Assembly (NCBI RefSeq): GCF_000621645.1
Contig: NZ_JHXR01000017.1
Location: 1 to 32,000 of the forward strand
Length of the DNA stretch: 32,000 bases
Direction: 5' to 3'
Source: Vibrio cholerae ATCC 14035
GTDB taxonomy: Bacteria > Pseudomonadota > Gammaproteobacteria > Enterobacterales > Vibrionaceae
Shown: piece after piece, positions 1 to 8,745 of the stretch
Numbering within the stretch: the stretch's first letter is position 1
Layout: each line of letters begins with the position of its first letter
Notes under the pieces: model-generated
Seen by the model: only the letters and a program-made list of their open reading frames with translations
Told to the model about the DNA's origin: nothing
The model's database searches: none
Translations under genes and position numbers: made by a program

Positions 1-398
1 GTTTTTTGCTATCTGGAACTCATTGAACGCCAGATTTTAATCACCGCTTATCGCCTATCCCAGTACTCATCCTCTACGATGTTCAATCATCCCAAGCTGT
101 CCAACTCTTCTTACTGCTCTTTTTGTCTTTCTCTTTTTACGTTTATCCTACGAGTGTACTTTATCAACGTTATCCTTAAGCTTATCCATCAGAGTCTATA
201 TGCACTATATGCTTGGAGAAAACTCGGTAAGCAGGTAAGCAAATGCAGCAGAAACCGCTGTAGCTTCAAGTCCACAAACCAAGGCTTAGGTCATTAAGAC
301 TTTATCTATGCGCATAAGAATTTGCTCATTTATCGCCTACTTGCAGCTCCAAGTCGTTTAAGTGGTCTAGTCATCTGGGAAAGGATTCTGAGGGTAAT

Positions 399-426
399 AA
401 AAAACCGCAGTGTTTAACTGCGGTTT
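399..426 (-). terminator. Rho-independent terminator downstream of the antiporter gene
   Basis: On the minus strand, the 9-bp stem AACCGCAGT / ACTGCGGTT (404-412 / 418-426) has a 5-nt loop and is followed by a T-run (plus-strand A-run ~399-405). It lies just 3' of the stop at 446. Confidence 0.6.
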
Positions 427-445
427 GTCGATTAAACAACGGAGA

Positions 446-1780
446 TTAGTGTTGTTGTTCTTGCTGAGGCATAGGGGATTGATTGTCTGTATTTCTTTCA
501 GCTTGGAGGGCTTTTTCAGCCTTTTTAGCTTTCTCAATCATAGGAGTAATGGTTGAGCCTTGAACTAGGATAGAAAACACTACCACGGCGTAAGTCATCA
601 CCAGAATCAGCTCTTTTACATCAATCAATTTCTCGGGAATTACCATGATTCCAGAAGGTATAGAGAGCGCCATCGCTAACGCGAGTCCCCCACGTAAGCC
701 ACCCCAAGTCAGAATACGAATCGACCAAGGGTTGTAACTACGGTAGCGTTTAAATCCGATGTAGGAGACAAATACGCTGAGGTAGCGGCCACATAACACC
801 AGTGGAACTGCAAAAGCCATTAAAATCCAGTCTTCTTGATGGAACTCAAACAGTAGCATTGACATACCAATCAGCAGGAATAGGACGCCGTTGAGAAATT
901 CGTCTACGAGTTCCCAGAAGTGATCGAGATGCTCTTCACTCTCTTTTGAGAAGCCTATGAAACGAGTCCAGTTACCAATCATGATCCCAGATACGACCAT
1001 AGCGAGTGGACCAGAAACATGGATCACATCGGCAAATGCATAACCAGCGGTCGGAATACCAATCGTCAGCAACAGCTCCATAGAGTGGTCATCGGTTGCT
1101 GAAATCAGGTAGTGGAACAGGAGACCTAATAAGAAACCGTAAACAATGCCACCGATCGCTTCTTGGATGAAGAGAAGGGTAACGCTGCCAACCGTTGGTG
1201 TTTCATGCCCGAAAGCGATGGTAAAGATGGTCACGAAGATAACCAAGCCAAAACCATCGTTAAACAGTGATTCGCCTTCAATTTGGGTAGAAATACGTTT
1301 CGGTGCTTTGAGCTTTTTGACAATCGCGAGGACAGCAATTGGGTCGGTGGGGGAAATGAGTGCGCCAAATAACAAGCAGTAAACCAAATCAAACTGGATA
1401 CCGATTAATTGGCAGAAACCATAGAGAGTAAATCCAATAAAGAAAGTCGAAAACAGCGTTGCGCCAAGAGCCAATACCGTAATTTCCCATTTCTGATCTT
1501 TTAGATTTGGCAGCTTAATGCCAAGACCTCCAGCGAAAAGAAGAAACCCTAAAATCCCTTTGAGTAGAAAATTTTCAAAGTTAATACTGGTGACGGTTTC
1601 GGTGGCGATTTGATTGAGATGAAACCAGTCGTTTTGACCCGCGATCAAGATCAGTAACGATAACATCATCGAACCTGCGGTGATTGCGATAGTAGTCTGC
1701 ATTCGGCTGATCTTGCTATTAATAAATGCAATCAACATGGCTGCCGCAGAGAGGAAGCACAAAGTGTAGTAGACGGACAT
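446..1780 (-). CDS. nhaP: Cation:proton (Na+/H+) antiporter, CPA1/NhaP family
   Basis: 444-aa ORF, hydrophobic and multi-spanning throughout. It carries CPA1-type motifs ISPTDPIAV and FNDGFGLVIF and a hydrophilic C-terminal tail. The symbol comes from family resemblance; the paralog number is unassigned. Confidence 0.85.
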   Translation of the reverse strand: MSVYYTLCFLSAAAMLIAFINSKISRMQTTIAITAGSMMLSLLILIAGQNDWFHLNQIATETVTSINFENFLLKGILGFLLFAGGLGIKLPNLKDQKWEITVLALGATLFSTFFIGFTLYGFCQLIGIQFDLVYCLLFGALISPTDPIAVLAIVKKLKAPKRISTQIEGESLFNDGFGLVIFVTIFTIAFGHETPTVGSVTLLFIQEAIGGIVYGFLLGLLFHYLISATDDHSMELLLTIGIPTAGYAFADVIHVSGPLAMVVSGIMIGNWTRFIGFSKESEEHLDHFWELVDEFLNGVLFLLIGMSMLLFEFHQEDWILMAFAVPLVLCGRYLSVFVSYIGFKRYRSYNPWSIRILTWGGLRGGLALAMALSIPSGIMVIPEKLIDVKELILVMTYAVVVFSILVQGSTITPMIEKAKKAEKALQAERNTDNQSPMPQQEQQH

Positions 1781-1910
1781 TCTCTTCTCAGTGTGTGTAA
1801 CAATTTGTGAACGAAATTGTCTTTCTCTGTTGAGTAAATAGCAAATACTTTTTCATCACATAGGGTTCTGCTCACATCGTCAAGGTGAGTCACGAAAGAA
1901 TGGCTGTTTT

Positions 1911-1926
1911 AGACGTCTAGATTTCT
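1911..1926 (+). promoter_or_regulatory. Putative MetJ operator: two tandem in-phase 8-bp met-boxes upstream of metH
   Basis: AGACGTCT (1911-1918) matches the met-box consensus AGACGTCT perfectly. It is followed directly by AGATTTCT (1919-1926), a 6/8 match. The pair lies ~50 nt upstream of the metH start. It overlaps the -35 position of a possible extended -10 promoter, TGaTAGGAT (1937-1945). Confidence 0.45.
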
Positions 1927-1976
1927 GAATTTTGTGTGATAGGATGTGGCAAACGCATAAGGAATGAGGCGGTATT

Positions 1977-4900
1977 GTGGGAAAAGAAGTAAGACAACAA
2001 CTCGAACAGCAATTGAAACAACGTATCCTACTGATTGATGGTGGTATGGGTACCATGATTCAGAGTTATAAGTTACAAGAGGAAGACTATCGCGGTGCAC
2101 GATTTGTCGATTGGCACTGTGATTTGAAAGGAAATAACGACCTCTTAGTGCTTACTCAGCCGCAAATTATTAAAGAGATTCACTCCGCTTACCTTGAAGC
2201 GGGGGCGGATATTCTTGAGACCAACACCTTTAACTCAACCACGATTGCCATGGCAGACTATGACATGCAATCGCTCAGTGCTGAAATTAACTTTGCCGCG
2301 GCTAAGCTTGCACGTGAAGTCGCGGATGAGTGGACGGCTAAAGATCCAAGTCGGCCACGCTATGTGGCTGGTGTGCTTGGGCCAACCAACCGTACTTGCT
2401 CTATTTCGCCAGATGTGAACGATCCAGGATTTCGTAACGTCACTTTTGATGGGCTTGTTGAAGCCTATTCCGAATCGACGCGCGCTTTGATCAAAGGTGG
2501 CAGCGATCTGATCCTCATTGAAACCATCTTCGATACACTTAACGCCAAAGCCTGTGCGTTTGCGGTCGATAGCGTATTTGAAGAGCTGGGCATCAGCTTA
2601 CCTGTGATGATTTCCGGCACGATTACCGATGCCTCTGGGCGAACTCTGTCAGGACAGACAACGGAAGCTTTCTACAACGCCTTGCGTCATGTACGGCCGA
2701 TTTCGTTTGGCTTGAACTGTGCGTTAGGTCCTGATGAGCTGCGCCAGTACGTGGAAGAGCTTTCACGCATTTCAGAATGCTATGTTTCCGCGCACCCAAA
2801 TGCCGGACTGCCCAATGCGTTTGGTGAATACGATCTCTCTGCCGAGGAAATGGCAGAACATATTGCGGAATGGGCACAAGCTGGCTTTTTGAATTTGGTC
2901 GGTGGTTGCTGTGGAACTACACCTGAGCATATCGCCGCCATTGCCAAAGCCGTCGAGGGTGTAAAACCAAGGGCTCTGCCAGATCTGAAAGTAGAATGTC
3001 GTCTCTCGGGTTTAGAGCCGCTCAATATTGGCCCTGAAACCTTGTTTGTTAACGTGGGCGAACGTACTAACGTCACCGGTTCTGCGCGTTTTAAGCGTTT
3101 AATTAAAGAAGAGCAATACGACGAAGCGCTCGATGTGGCGCGTGAGCAAGTCGAAAACGGCGCGCAGATCATTGATATCAACATGGATGAAGGCATGTTG
3201 GACGCCGAGGCGTGTATGGTGCGCTTTTTGAATCTATGCGCCTCTGAACCAGAAATATCCAAAGTTCCGGTGATGGTCGACTCCTCTAAATGGGAAGTCA
3301 TTGAAGCGGGTCTGAAATGCATTCAGGGTAAAGGCATCGTCAACTCTATCTCTCTAAAAGAAGGGAAAGAGAAGTTTATTGCCCAAGCCAAATTGGTGCG
3401 CCGCTACGGTGCCGCGGTGATTGTGATGGCATTTGACGAAGTGGGCCAAGCCGATACCCGTGAGCGCAAATTAGAGATCTGTCGTCGGGCTTACCATATT
3501 TTGGTCGATGAGGTGGGCTTCCCACCGGAAGATATTATTTTTGACCCGAACATCTTTGCTGTTGCGACCGGAATTGATGAGCACAATAACTACGCACTGG
3601 ATTTCATTAATGCAGTGGCGGACATTAAGCGTGAGCTGCCGCATGCGATGATTTCTGGCGGTGTTTCTAACGTTTCCTTCTCTTTCCGCGGCAACAACTA
3701 TGTGCGTGAAGCGATCCATGCTGTTTTCCTTTATCACTGCTTCAAACACGGCATGGACATGGGGATTGTCAACGCAGGGCAGCTTGAAATCTACGATAAC
3801 GTTCCGCTGAAACTGCGTGAGGCAGTGGAAGATGTGATCCTCAATCGACGTAGCGATGGCACGGAAAGACTGCTTGAGATCGCCGAAGCGTATCGCGAAA
3901 ACAGTGTTGGTAAAGAAGAGGATGCTTCTGCATTAGAGTGGCGCGCATGGCCTGTGGCTAAGCGCCTAGAGCACGCTTTAGTCAAAGGCATCACCGAATT
4001 TATCGTCCAAGACACTGAAGAAGCACGTCAGCAAGCCAGTAAACCACTGGAAGTGATTGAAGGGCCGCTGATGGATGGTATGAACGTGGTCGGTGACTTG
4101 TTCGGGGAAGGGAAAATGTTCCTACCGCAAGTCGTAAAATCAGCGCGTGTCATGAAACAAGCCGTTGCGTATCTTGAGCCTTTCATTAATGCGCAAAAAA
4201 GTGGTAGCACTTCAAATGGTAAGATTTTGCTGGCGACCGTAAAAGGCGATGTGCATGACATTGGTAAGAACATTGTTGGCGTCGTGCTGCAGTGTAATAA
4301 CTTCGAGATCATCGATCTTGGTGTGATGGTGCCTTGCGAGCAGATCCTCAAAGTCGCACGCGAGCAAAATGTCGATATCATCGGTCTCTCTGGGCTTATC
4401 ACGCCGTCTTTGGATGAGATGGTACACGTGGCGAAAGAGATGGAGCGACAAGGGTTTGAACTGCCACTTTTGATTGGTGGGGCAACAACGTCTAAAGCGC
4501 ATACTGCGGTGAAGATTGAACAGAATTATCATGCGCCTGTAGTGTACGTGAATAACGCGTCGCGCGCGGTAGGGGTGTGCACATCATTATTGTCTGATGA
4601 ACAGCGCCCCGGATTTATCGAACGTTTGGATCTCGATTATGAGCGCACGCGTGATCAGCATGCTCGTAAAACGCCCAAATCGCGCCCAGTCACGTTAGAG
4701 CAGGCACGTGCTAATAAAGCGGCGCTGGATTGGGCAAATTACACGCCGCCCGCTCCTGCGAAACCGGGTGTGCATGTGTTTGAAAACATTGCGTTAGCCA
4801 CACTACGTCCTTATATCGATTGGACGCCTTTTTTTATGACTTGGTCGCTTATGGGCAAATACCCTGCCATTTTGGAGCATGAAGAGGTCGGTGAAGAGGC

Positions 4901-5657
4901 CAAACGTCTGTTTCATGATGCCAATGCCTTACTTGATAAAGTAGAGCGAGAAGGACTACTGAAAGCCAGTGGTATGTGTGCACTGTTTCCAGCAGCCAGC
5001 GTGGGCGATGACATTGAGGTGTACAGTGATGAATCGCGTACGCAAGTCGCGCATGTGCTGTACAACTTGCGTCAGCAGACTGAGAAACCGAAAGGGGCCA
5101 ACTACTGTTTGTCGGACTATGTTGCTCCGAAAGAGAGCGGTAAACGTGATTGGATTGGCGCGTTTGCAGTAACTGGTGGCATTGGTGAGCGAGCCTTGGC
5201 CGATGCTTATAAAGCTCAGGGTGATGATTACAATGCGATCATGATCCAAGCGGTAGCCGATCGTTTGGCGGAAGCCTTTGCGGAATATCTGCATGAAAAA
5301 GTGCGTAAAGAGATTTGGGGTTATGCGAGCGATGAAAATCTCTCCAATGATGACCTGATCCGTGAGCGTTATCAGGGCATTCGACCCGCGCCGGGGTATC
5401 CCGCGTGTCCTGAGCATACCGAGAAAGCGACTTTGTGGCAGATGCTAAATGTCGAAGAGACCATAGGTATGTCACTGACCACAAGCTATGCGATGTGGCC
5501 GGGCGCTTCGGTATCCGGTTGGTATTTCTCGCATCCCGATTCTCGCTATTTTGCGGTAGCGCAGATCCAACCAGATCAACTGCACAGCTACGCTGAGCGT
5601 AAAGGTTGGCGTTTGGAAGAAGCTGAAAAGTGGCTAGCGCCTAACCTTGATGCTTAA
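1977..5657 (+). CDS. metH: Cobalamin-dependent methionine synthase
   Basis: 1226-aa ORF with a GTG start. It has the N-terminal homocysteine-binding module with [12 protein letters not shown], the pterin-binding region, the B12-binding DxHxxG motif (GDVHDIGKN) and a C-terminal AdoMet reactivation domain. Length is typical of MetH. Confidence 0.97.
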   Translation: MGKEVRQQLEQQLKQRILLIDGGMGTMIQSYKLQEEDYRGARFVDWHCDLKGNNDLLVLTQPQIIKEIHSAYLEAGADILETNTFNSTTIAMADYDMQSLSAEINFAAAKLAREVADEWTAKDPSRPRYVAGVLGPTNRTCSISPDVNDPGFRNVTFDGLVEAYSESTRALIKGGSDLILIETIFDTLNAKACAFAVDSVFEELGISLPVMISGTITDASGRTLSGQTTEAFYNALRHVRPISFGLNCALGPDELRQYVEELSRISECYVSAHPNAGLPNAFGEYDLSAEEMAEHIAEWAQAGFLNLVGGCCGTTPEHIAAIAKAVEGVKPRALPDLKVECRLSGLEPLNIGPETLFVNVGERTNVTGSARFKRLIKEEQYDEALDVAREQVENGAQIIDINMDEGMLDAEACMVRFLNLCASEPEISKVPVMVDSSKWEVIEAGLKCIQGKGIVNSISLKEGKEKFIAQAKLVRRYGAAVIVMAFDEVGQADTRERKLEICRRAYHILVDEVGFPPEDIIFDPNIFAVATGIDEHNNYALDFINAVADIKRELPHAMISGGVSNVSFSFRGNNYVREAIHAVFLYHCFKHGMDMGIVNAGQLEIYDNVPLKLREAVEDVILNRRSDGTERLLEIAEAYRENSVGKEEDASALEWRAWPVAKRLEHALVKGITEFIVQDTEEARQQASKPLEVIEGPLMDGMNVVGDLFGEGKMFLPQVVKSARVMKQAVAYLEPFINAQKSGSTSNGKILLATVKGDVHDIGKNIVGVVLQCNNFEIIDLGVMVPCEQILKVAREQNVDIIGLSGLITPSLDEMVHVAKEMERQGFELPLLIGGATTSKAHTAVKIEQNYHAPVVYVNNASRAVGVCTSLLSDEQRPGFIERLDLDYERTRDQHARKTPKSRPVTLEQARANKAALDWANYTPPAPAKPGVHVFENIALATLRPYIDWTPFFMTWSLMGKYPAILEHEEVGEEAKRLFHDANALLDKVEREGLLKASGMCALFPAASVGDDIEVYSDESRTQVAHVLYNLRQQTEKPKGANYCLSDYVAPKESGKRDWIGAFAVTGGIGERALADAYKAQGDDYNAIMIQAVADRLAEAFAEYLHEKVRKEIWGYASDENLSNDDLIRERYQGIRPAPGYPACPEHTEKATLWQMLNVEETIGMSLTTSYAMWPGASVSGWYFSHPDSRYFAVAQIQPDQLHSYAERKGWRLEEAEKWLAPNLDA

Positions 5658-5683
5658 TCAGTAAGACCTCCATCCACAATAAA

Positions 5684-5713
5684 AGAGGCCACATCATGTG
5701 GCCTCTGGTTTTA
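5684..5713. terminator. Bidirectional rho-independent terminator between convergent metH and lysC
   Basis: Perfect 10-bp inverted repeat AGAGGCCACA / TGTGGCCTCT (5684-5693 / 5697-5706). An A-run sits on the left and GGTTTTA on the right. It lies between the two stop codons at 5657 and 5730. Confidence 0.7.
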
Positions 5714-5729
5714 TCTCGTGAGTTTGATT

Positions 5730-7085
5730 TTACTCTTGCTCAAACAGCTCTTTATGCAGCTTCTGCACCGCTTGTTTAGAGACAGATTCATGCAGCAAGA
5801 AACAGAGGTTATGCGCGCTGGCGCCATAGCAAATCATACGGAGGTTGTAATCTTCCAATACACTGAACACTTGCTTCGCGTAGCCGCGGCTCTCTTTCAT
5901 CTTGTTGCCGATCAGAGCAATCAGACACAGGTTGTATTCGACTTCGACCGTACATAGCTCCTCTAACTCGGCGCGCACCGCTTCAGGCAATTCTGGCGCA
6001 CCGCCTGAGGTATCGGTTTTATCCAGTGTCAGTGACACGCTGATTTCTGATGTGGTGATGAGATCGACCGAAATTTTATGCTTGGCGAGAATTTCGAACA
6101 CTTTGGCGAGGAAACCGTAAGCATGGAACATCTGCGCGCTACGCAGTGTCACCATGGTTTGATTACAGCGTAGTGCAAGTGCGCGATACAGTGGCGCGCT
6201 TTCGACTTGTTTACGGATCCAAGTGCCACCTTTTTCCGGTTCTTTTGATGAGCCAACAAACACGGGAATGCCATGGCGTACCGCTGGAAGCAAGGTGGAT
6301 GGATGCAAAATCTTGGCACCAAAATTGGCCATTTCTGAGGCTTCGCTAAAGCTTATCTCAGGAATCGGCGCCGCTTTTGGCGCGATACGTGGATCGGTAC
6401 TGTAGATTCCCGGTACGTCAGTCCAAATCTCTAAACCACTTGCTTGCACGGCTTCGGCAATCAAAGCGGCTGAATAATCACTGCCGCCGCGGCCTAAAGT
6501 GGTGGTATTACCTTGCGCATCAGAGCCGATAAAACCTTGAGTCACGACGACATATTGCTCACACAGTGGCACCAGTTTTTCTTTGGCTAATTGAGCGATT
6601 TCTTTCAATTGAGGTTCGGCGCGACCGTAATGATCGTCAGTGCGTAGCACTTCGCGGATATCAAAACGTACCGCGTCGACACCACGCTCACGCATCAGTT
6701 GAGTGAGGATGTAGGTGGAGATGAGCTCACCACAGGCGACGAGATGGTCGGTCAGTTTTTTACTGGATTGAAATGACGCCGCTTCTGCAGCACTGGCCAC
6801 AGAATCTAGCACGGCTTTGACTTCTTTTTCGACGCGTGTCGGATCGGCGAGCTGGTCGATAATCACATAATGGATATCGGCCAACTGTTGCAAAATGGCT
6901 TGGCGGCGTTCAGTTGAGGCCACGCCATTGGCGAGTTCGACCAATAAATTGGTCACCCCAGAGCAGGCGCTGCTGACCACTAAGCGTGTTTGTGGATTGT
7001 TTTCGATAATGGCCGAACAACGGCTCATGGCTTCAAAGTTGGCGACACTAGTACCACCAAATTTGGCGACGTTAAATGTGCTCAC
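5730..7085 (-). CDS. lysC: Lysine-sensitive aspartokinase
   Basis: The ORF is open to 7169. The aspartokinase N-terminus (STFNVAKFGGTSVANFEAM) begins at the GTG at 7085, preceded by GGGAGA ~7 nt upstream. That start gives 451 aa, typical of LysC. It has the KFGGTS motif and C-terminal ACT-like regions. Confidence 0.93.
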   Translation of the reverse strand: MSTFNVAKFGGTSVANFEAMSRCSAIIENNPQTRLVVSSACSGVTNLLVELANGVASTERRQAILQQLADIHYVIIDQLADPTRVEKEVKAVLDSVASAAEAASFQSSKKLTDHLVACGELISTYILTQLMRERGVDAVRFDIREVLRTDDHYGRAEPQLKEIAQLAKEKLVPLCEQYVVVTQGFIGSDAQGNTTTLGRGGSDYSAALIAEAVQASGLEIWTDVPGIYSTDPRIAPKAAPIPEISFSEASEMANFGAKILHPSTLLPAVRHGIPVFVGSSKEPEKGGTWIRKQVESAPLYRALALRCNQTMVTLRSAQMFHAYGFLAKVFEILAKHKISVDLITTSEISVSLTLDKTDTSGGAPELPEAVRAELEELCTVEVEYNLCLIALIGNKMKESRGYAKQVFSVLEDYNLRMICYGASAHNLCFLLHESVSKQAVQKLHKELFEQE

Positions 7086-7194
7086 GGCAATTCTCCCAGA
7101 CTTCCTGAAAAACGAGTTGTTGGTAACCCAACGTCCAATGTTGTGAAGAGAGTGTTTTTTATAGAGCAAAATAGAGGAGTGACTATAGAAAGAT

Positions 7195-7378
7195 TTCCCT
7201 CAGAAGCTCTTCATCAGATTCGAGCTGATGACAGTTGAAGGGATTCAGCCCGTTCAACCGATAAACCAAAGCCACAACTTTGATTCACCTCGGCACTACT
7301 CCCCCTGAATGTTCTGTATTGGAGTTGAGGCTCCACAAAACATCTGCCTGGGCAGTGCTCCTCTTCTGCTAGATAGCT
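7195..7378 (-). promoter_or_regulatory. Lysine riboswitch (L-box) in the lysC leader
   Basis: The minus-strand RNA reads AGCAGAAGAGGAGCACUGCCC...GUGGAGCCUC...UCAGGGGGAGUAGUGCCGAGGUGAAUC...GGGCUGAAUCCC...GUCAUCAGC...GAAGAGCUUCUGAGGG. All conserved L-box blocks appear in the same order as in the E. coli lysC leader: AGAGGNGC, GGAGCC, GAGGGGG, GCCGAGGUGA, GGCUGAAUCCC. The P1 strands CAGAAG / CUUCUG close the aptamer at ~7368 and ~7201. Confidence 0.85.
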
Positions 7379-7383
7379 CACAC

Positions 7384-7412
7384 ATTGAACGGTGTTGGCG
7401 AAATCTTGTCAA
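7384..7412 (-). promoter_or_regulatory. Putative sigma70 promoter of lysC
   Basis: On the minus strand: TTGACA (7412-7407), a 17-nt spacer, then TTCAAT (7389-7384). This places the transcription start a few nt before the riboswitch 5' end. Confidence 0.55.
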
Positions 7413-7548
7413 CGACAAAATGTTCTAAAAGTGCAAATAAAAATGACATTAGTGTGACAAGGATTAACACTCTGGACATAGGTCGAATTGTTGCTGCTAC
7501 TGAATTGCATTAGGCTAGTGGTTCTGGTCGCCACAACAAGGAGTCGTT

Positions 7549-8667
7549 ATGACAATTCGCAGTTTTATTCCCCCGCATCGGATTTTGATGGGCCCTGGAC
7601 CTTCGGCTATTTCCCCTCAAGTCCTGCAAGCGCTCAGCCGCCCAACGGTTGGTCATCTTGATCCACTATTTATCGGTATGATGGATGAGCTGAAACAGCT
7701 CTTGAAATATGCTTTCCAAACGGAAAACGAATTTACGATTGCCGTTTCTGCGCCGGGTAGTGCGGGTATGGAAGCCTGTTTTGTTAACCTCGTCGAGCCG
7801 GGCGATAAAGTGATTGTTTGCCGCAATGGGGTGTTTGGTGAGCGGATGCGCGATAACGCTGTGCGTTGTGGGGCCGAAGTTGTGGTGGTTGATGATGAAT
7901 GGGGTTGCCCAGTCAGCGTTGAAAAAGTGCAAGCCACGATAGATGAGCATCCGGATGCGAAAATACTGGCTTTTGTACAAGCAGAAACGTCAACCGGAGC
8001 CTTAAGTGATGCGCAAGCGTTAGGTGCTCTAGCGAAGCAGCATGGTTTGTTGACGATTGTTGATGCGGTGACCTCGCTCGGTGGCGTTCCCCTGCTGGTG
8101 GATGAGTGGCAACTGGATGCGGTGTATTCTGGCAGCCAAAAATGCCTCTCTTGTGTGCCGGGATTGGCTCCGTTGACGTTTTCACCTCGTGCCATTGAGA
8201 AGATTCAATCGCGAAAAACACCGATTCAAAGCTGGTTCCTCGATCAAAGCTTGGTATTAGGTTATTGGAGTGGCGCGGGCAAACGTAGTTATCACCATAC
8301 CGCTCCGGTTAATAGTTTGTACGCGCTGCACGAAGCGTTACTGCTTTTGCAACAAGAAGGTTTAGAGCACGCGTGGCAGCGCCATCGTCTGATGCATGAG
8401 AAGCTTAAACAAGGGTTAGAGCAACTCGGTTTTCAATTTGTGGTCGCAGAGCCGTATCGTTTACCGCAGTTGAACGCGATTTATGTGCCGGAAGGTATTG
8501 AGGAAGCCAAAGTACGCAGCCATCTACTCAATGAATACAATTTGGAAATTGGTGCTGGGCTCGGGGCATTAGCCGGCAAAGCGTGGCGCATTGGGGTTAT
8601 GGGCTATGGCGCGCGTTCAGAAAATATCGCGCTCTGTTTGCGAGCGCTCGAAGAGTCGCTGCGTTAA
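7549..8667 (+). CDS. Class V aminotransferase, alanine-glyoxylate / serine-pyruvate aminotransferase family
   Basis: 372-aa ORF with an AAGGAG Shine-Dalgarno (SD) sequence 6 nt upstream. The N-terminal LMGPGPS motif, the PLP-lysine motif SGSQKCL and the overall layout resemble AGXT-type enzymes. Confidence 0.85.
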   Translation: MTIRSFIPPHRILMGPGPSAISPQVLQALSRPTVGHLDPLFIGMMDELKQLLKYAFQTENEFTIAVSAPGSAGMEACFVNLVEPGDKVIVCRNGVFGERMRDNAVRCGAEVVVVDDEWGCPVSVEKVQATIDEHPDAKILAFVQAETSTGALSDAQALGALAKQHGLLTIVDAVTSLGGVPLLVDEWQLDAVYSGSQKCLSCVPGLAPLTFSPRAIEKIQSRKTPIQSWFLDQSLVLGYWSGAGKRSYHHTAPVNSLYALHEALLLLQQEGLEHAWQRHRLMHEKLKQGLEQLGFQFVVAEPYRLPQLNAIYVPEGIEEAKVRSHLLNEYNLEIGAGLGALAGKAWRIGVMGYGARSENIALCLRALEESLR

Positions 8668-8704
8668 TACCATACGCAAGAGAAAAGCTGTATGAAAGAG
8701 AAAT

Positions 8705-8735
8705 AAGGGTGGCTTAAAAGCCACCCTTATTGTTT
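8705..8735. terminator. Bidirectional terminator between the aminotransferase gene and the convergent PglL-like gene
   Basis: Stem AAGGGTGGC / GCCACCCTT (8705-8713 / 8720-8728) with loop TTAAAA. It is followed by ATTGTTT on plus and preceded by an A-rich run. Confidence 0.7.
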
Positions 8736-8745
8736 CTCGCAGAGC

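Noticed and set aside
79-297. 72-aa plus-strand ORF in the left-end intergenic region
   Set aside because: It has no SD sequence and a Cys/Phe/Ser-rich low-complexity composition typical of random AT-rich frames, and I recognise no motif. I treat it as spurious.
48-339. 10-bp direct repeat TTATCGCCTA (48-57 and 330-339) flanking an AT-rich segment; a possible target-site duplication of a small mobile element
   Set aside because: There are no terminal inverted repeats inside the repeats and no transposase remnant. A single 10-mer repeat within ~450 bp has roughly a one-in-ten chance of occurring at random.
2780-3322. 180-aa antisense ORF inside metH, plus similar long antisense ORFs at 7653-8195, 13552-14064, 26067-26459, 27370-27753 and 28247-28591
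   Set aside because: All lie wholly within strongly supported genes on the opposite strand. They have Ser/Arg/Ala-rich shadow-frame composition and lack start-site signals. These are typical antisense artefacts.
7086-7169. N-terminal extensions offered by the ORF track: lysC to 7169, galU to 14496, ssb from 15536, csrD from 16202, mshN from 23155, mshF from 27243, mshB from 27773, mshD from 29398
   Set aside because: In each case the conserved family N-terminus or prepilin leader begins at a downstream start with a better-placed SD sequence. The extension would overlap a riboswitch, a leader or the upstream gene.
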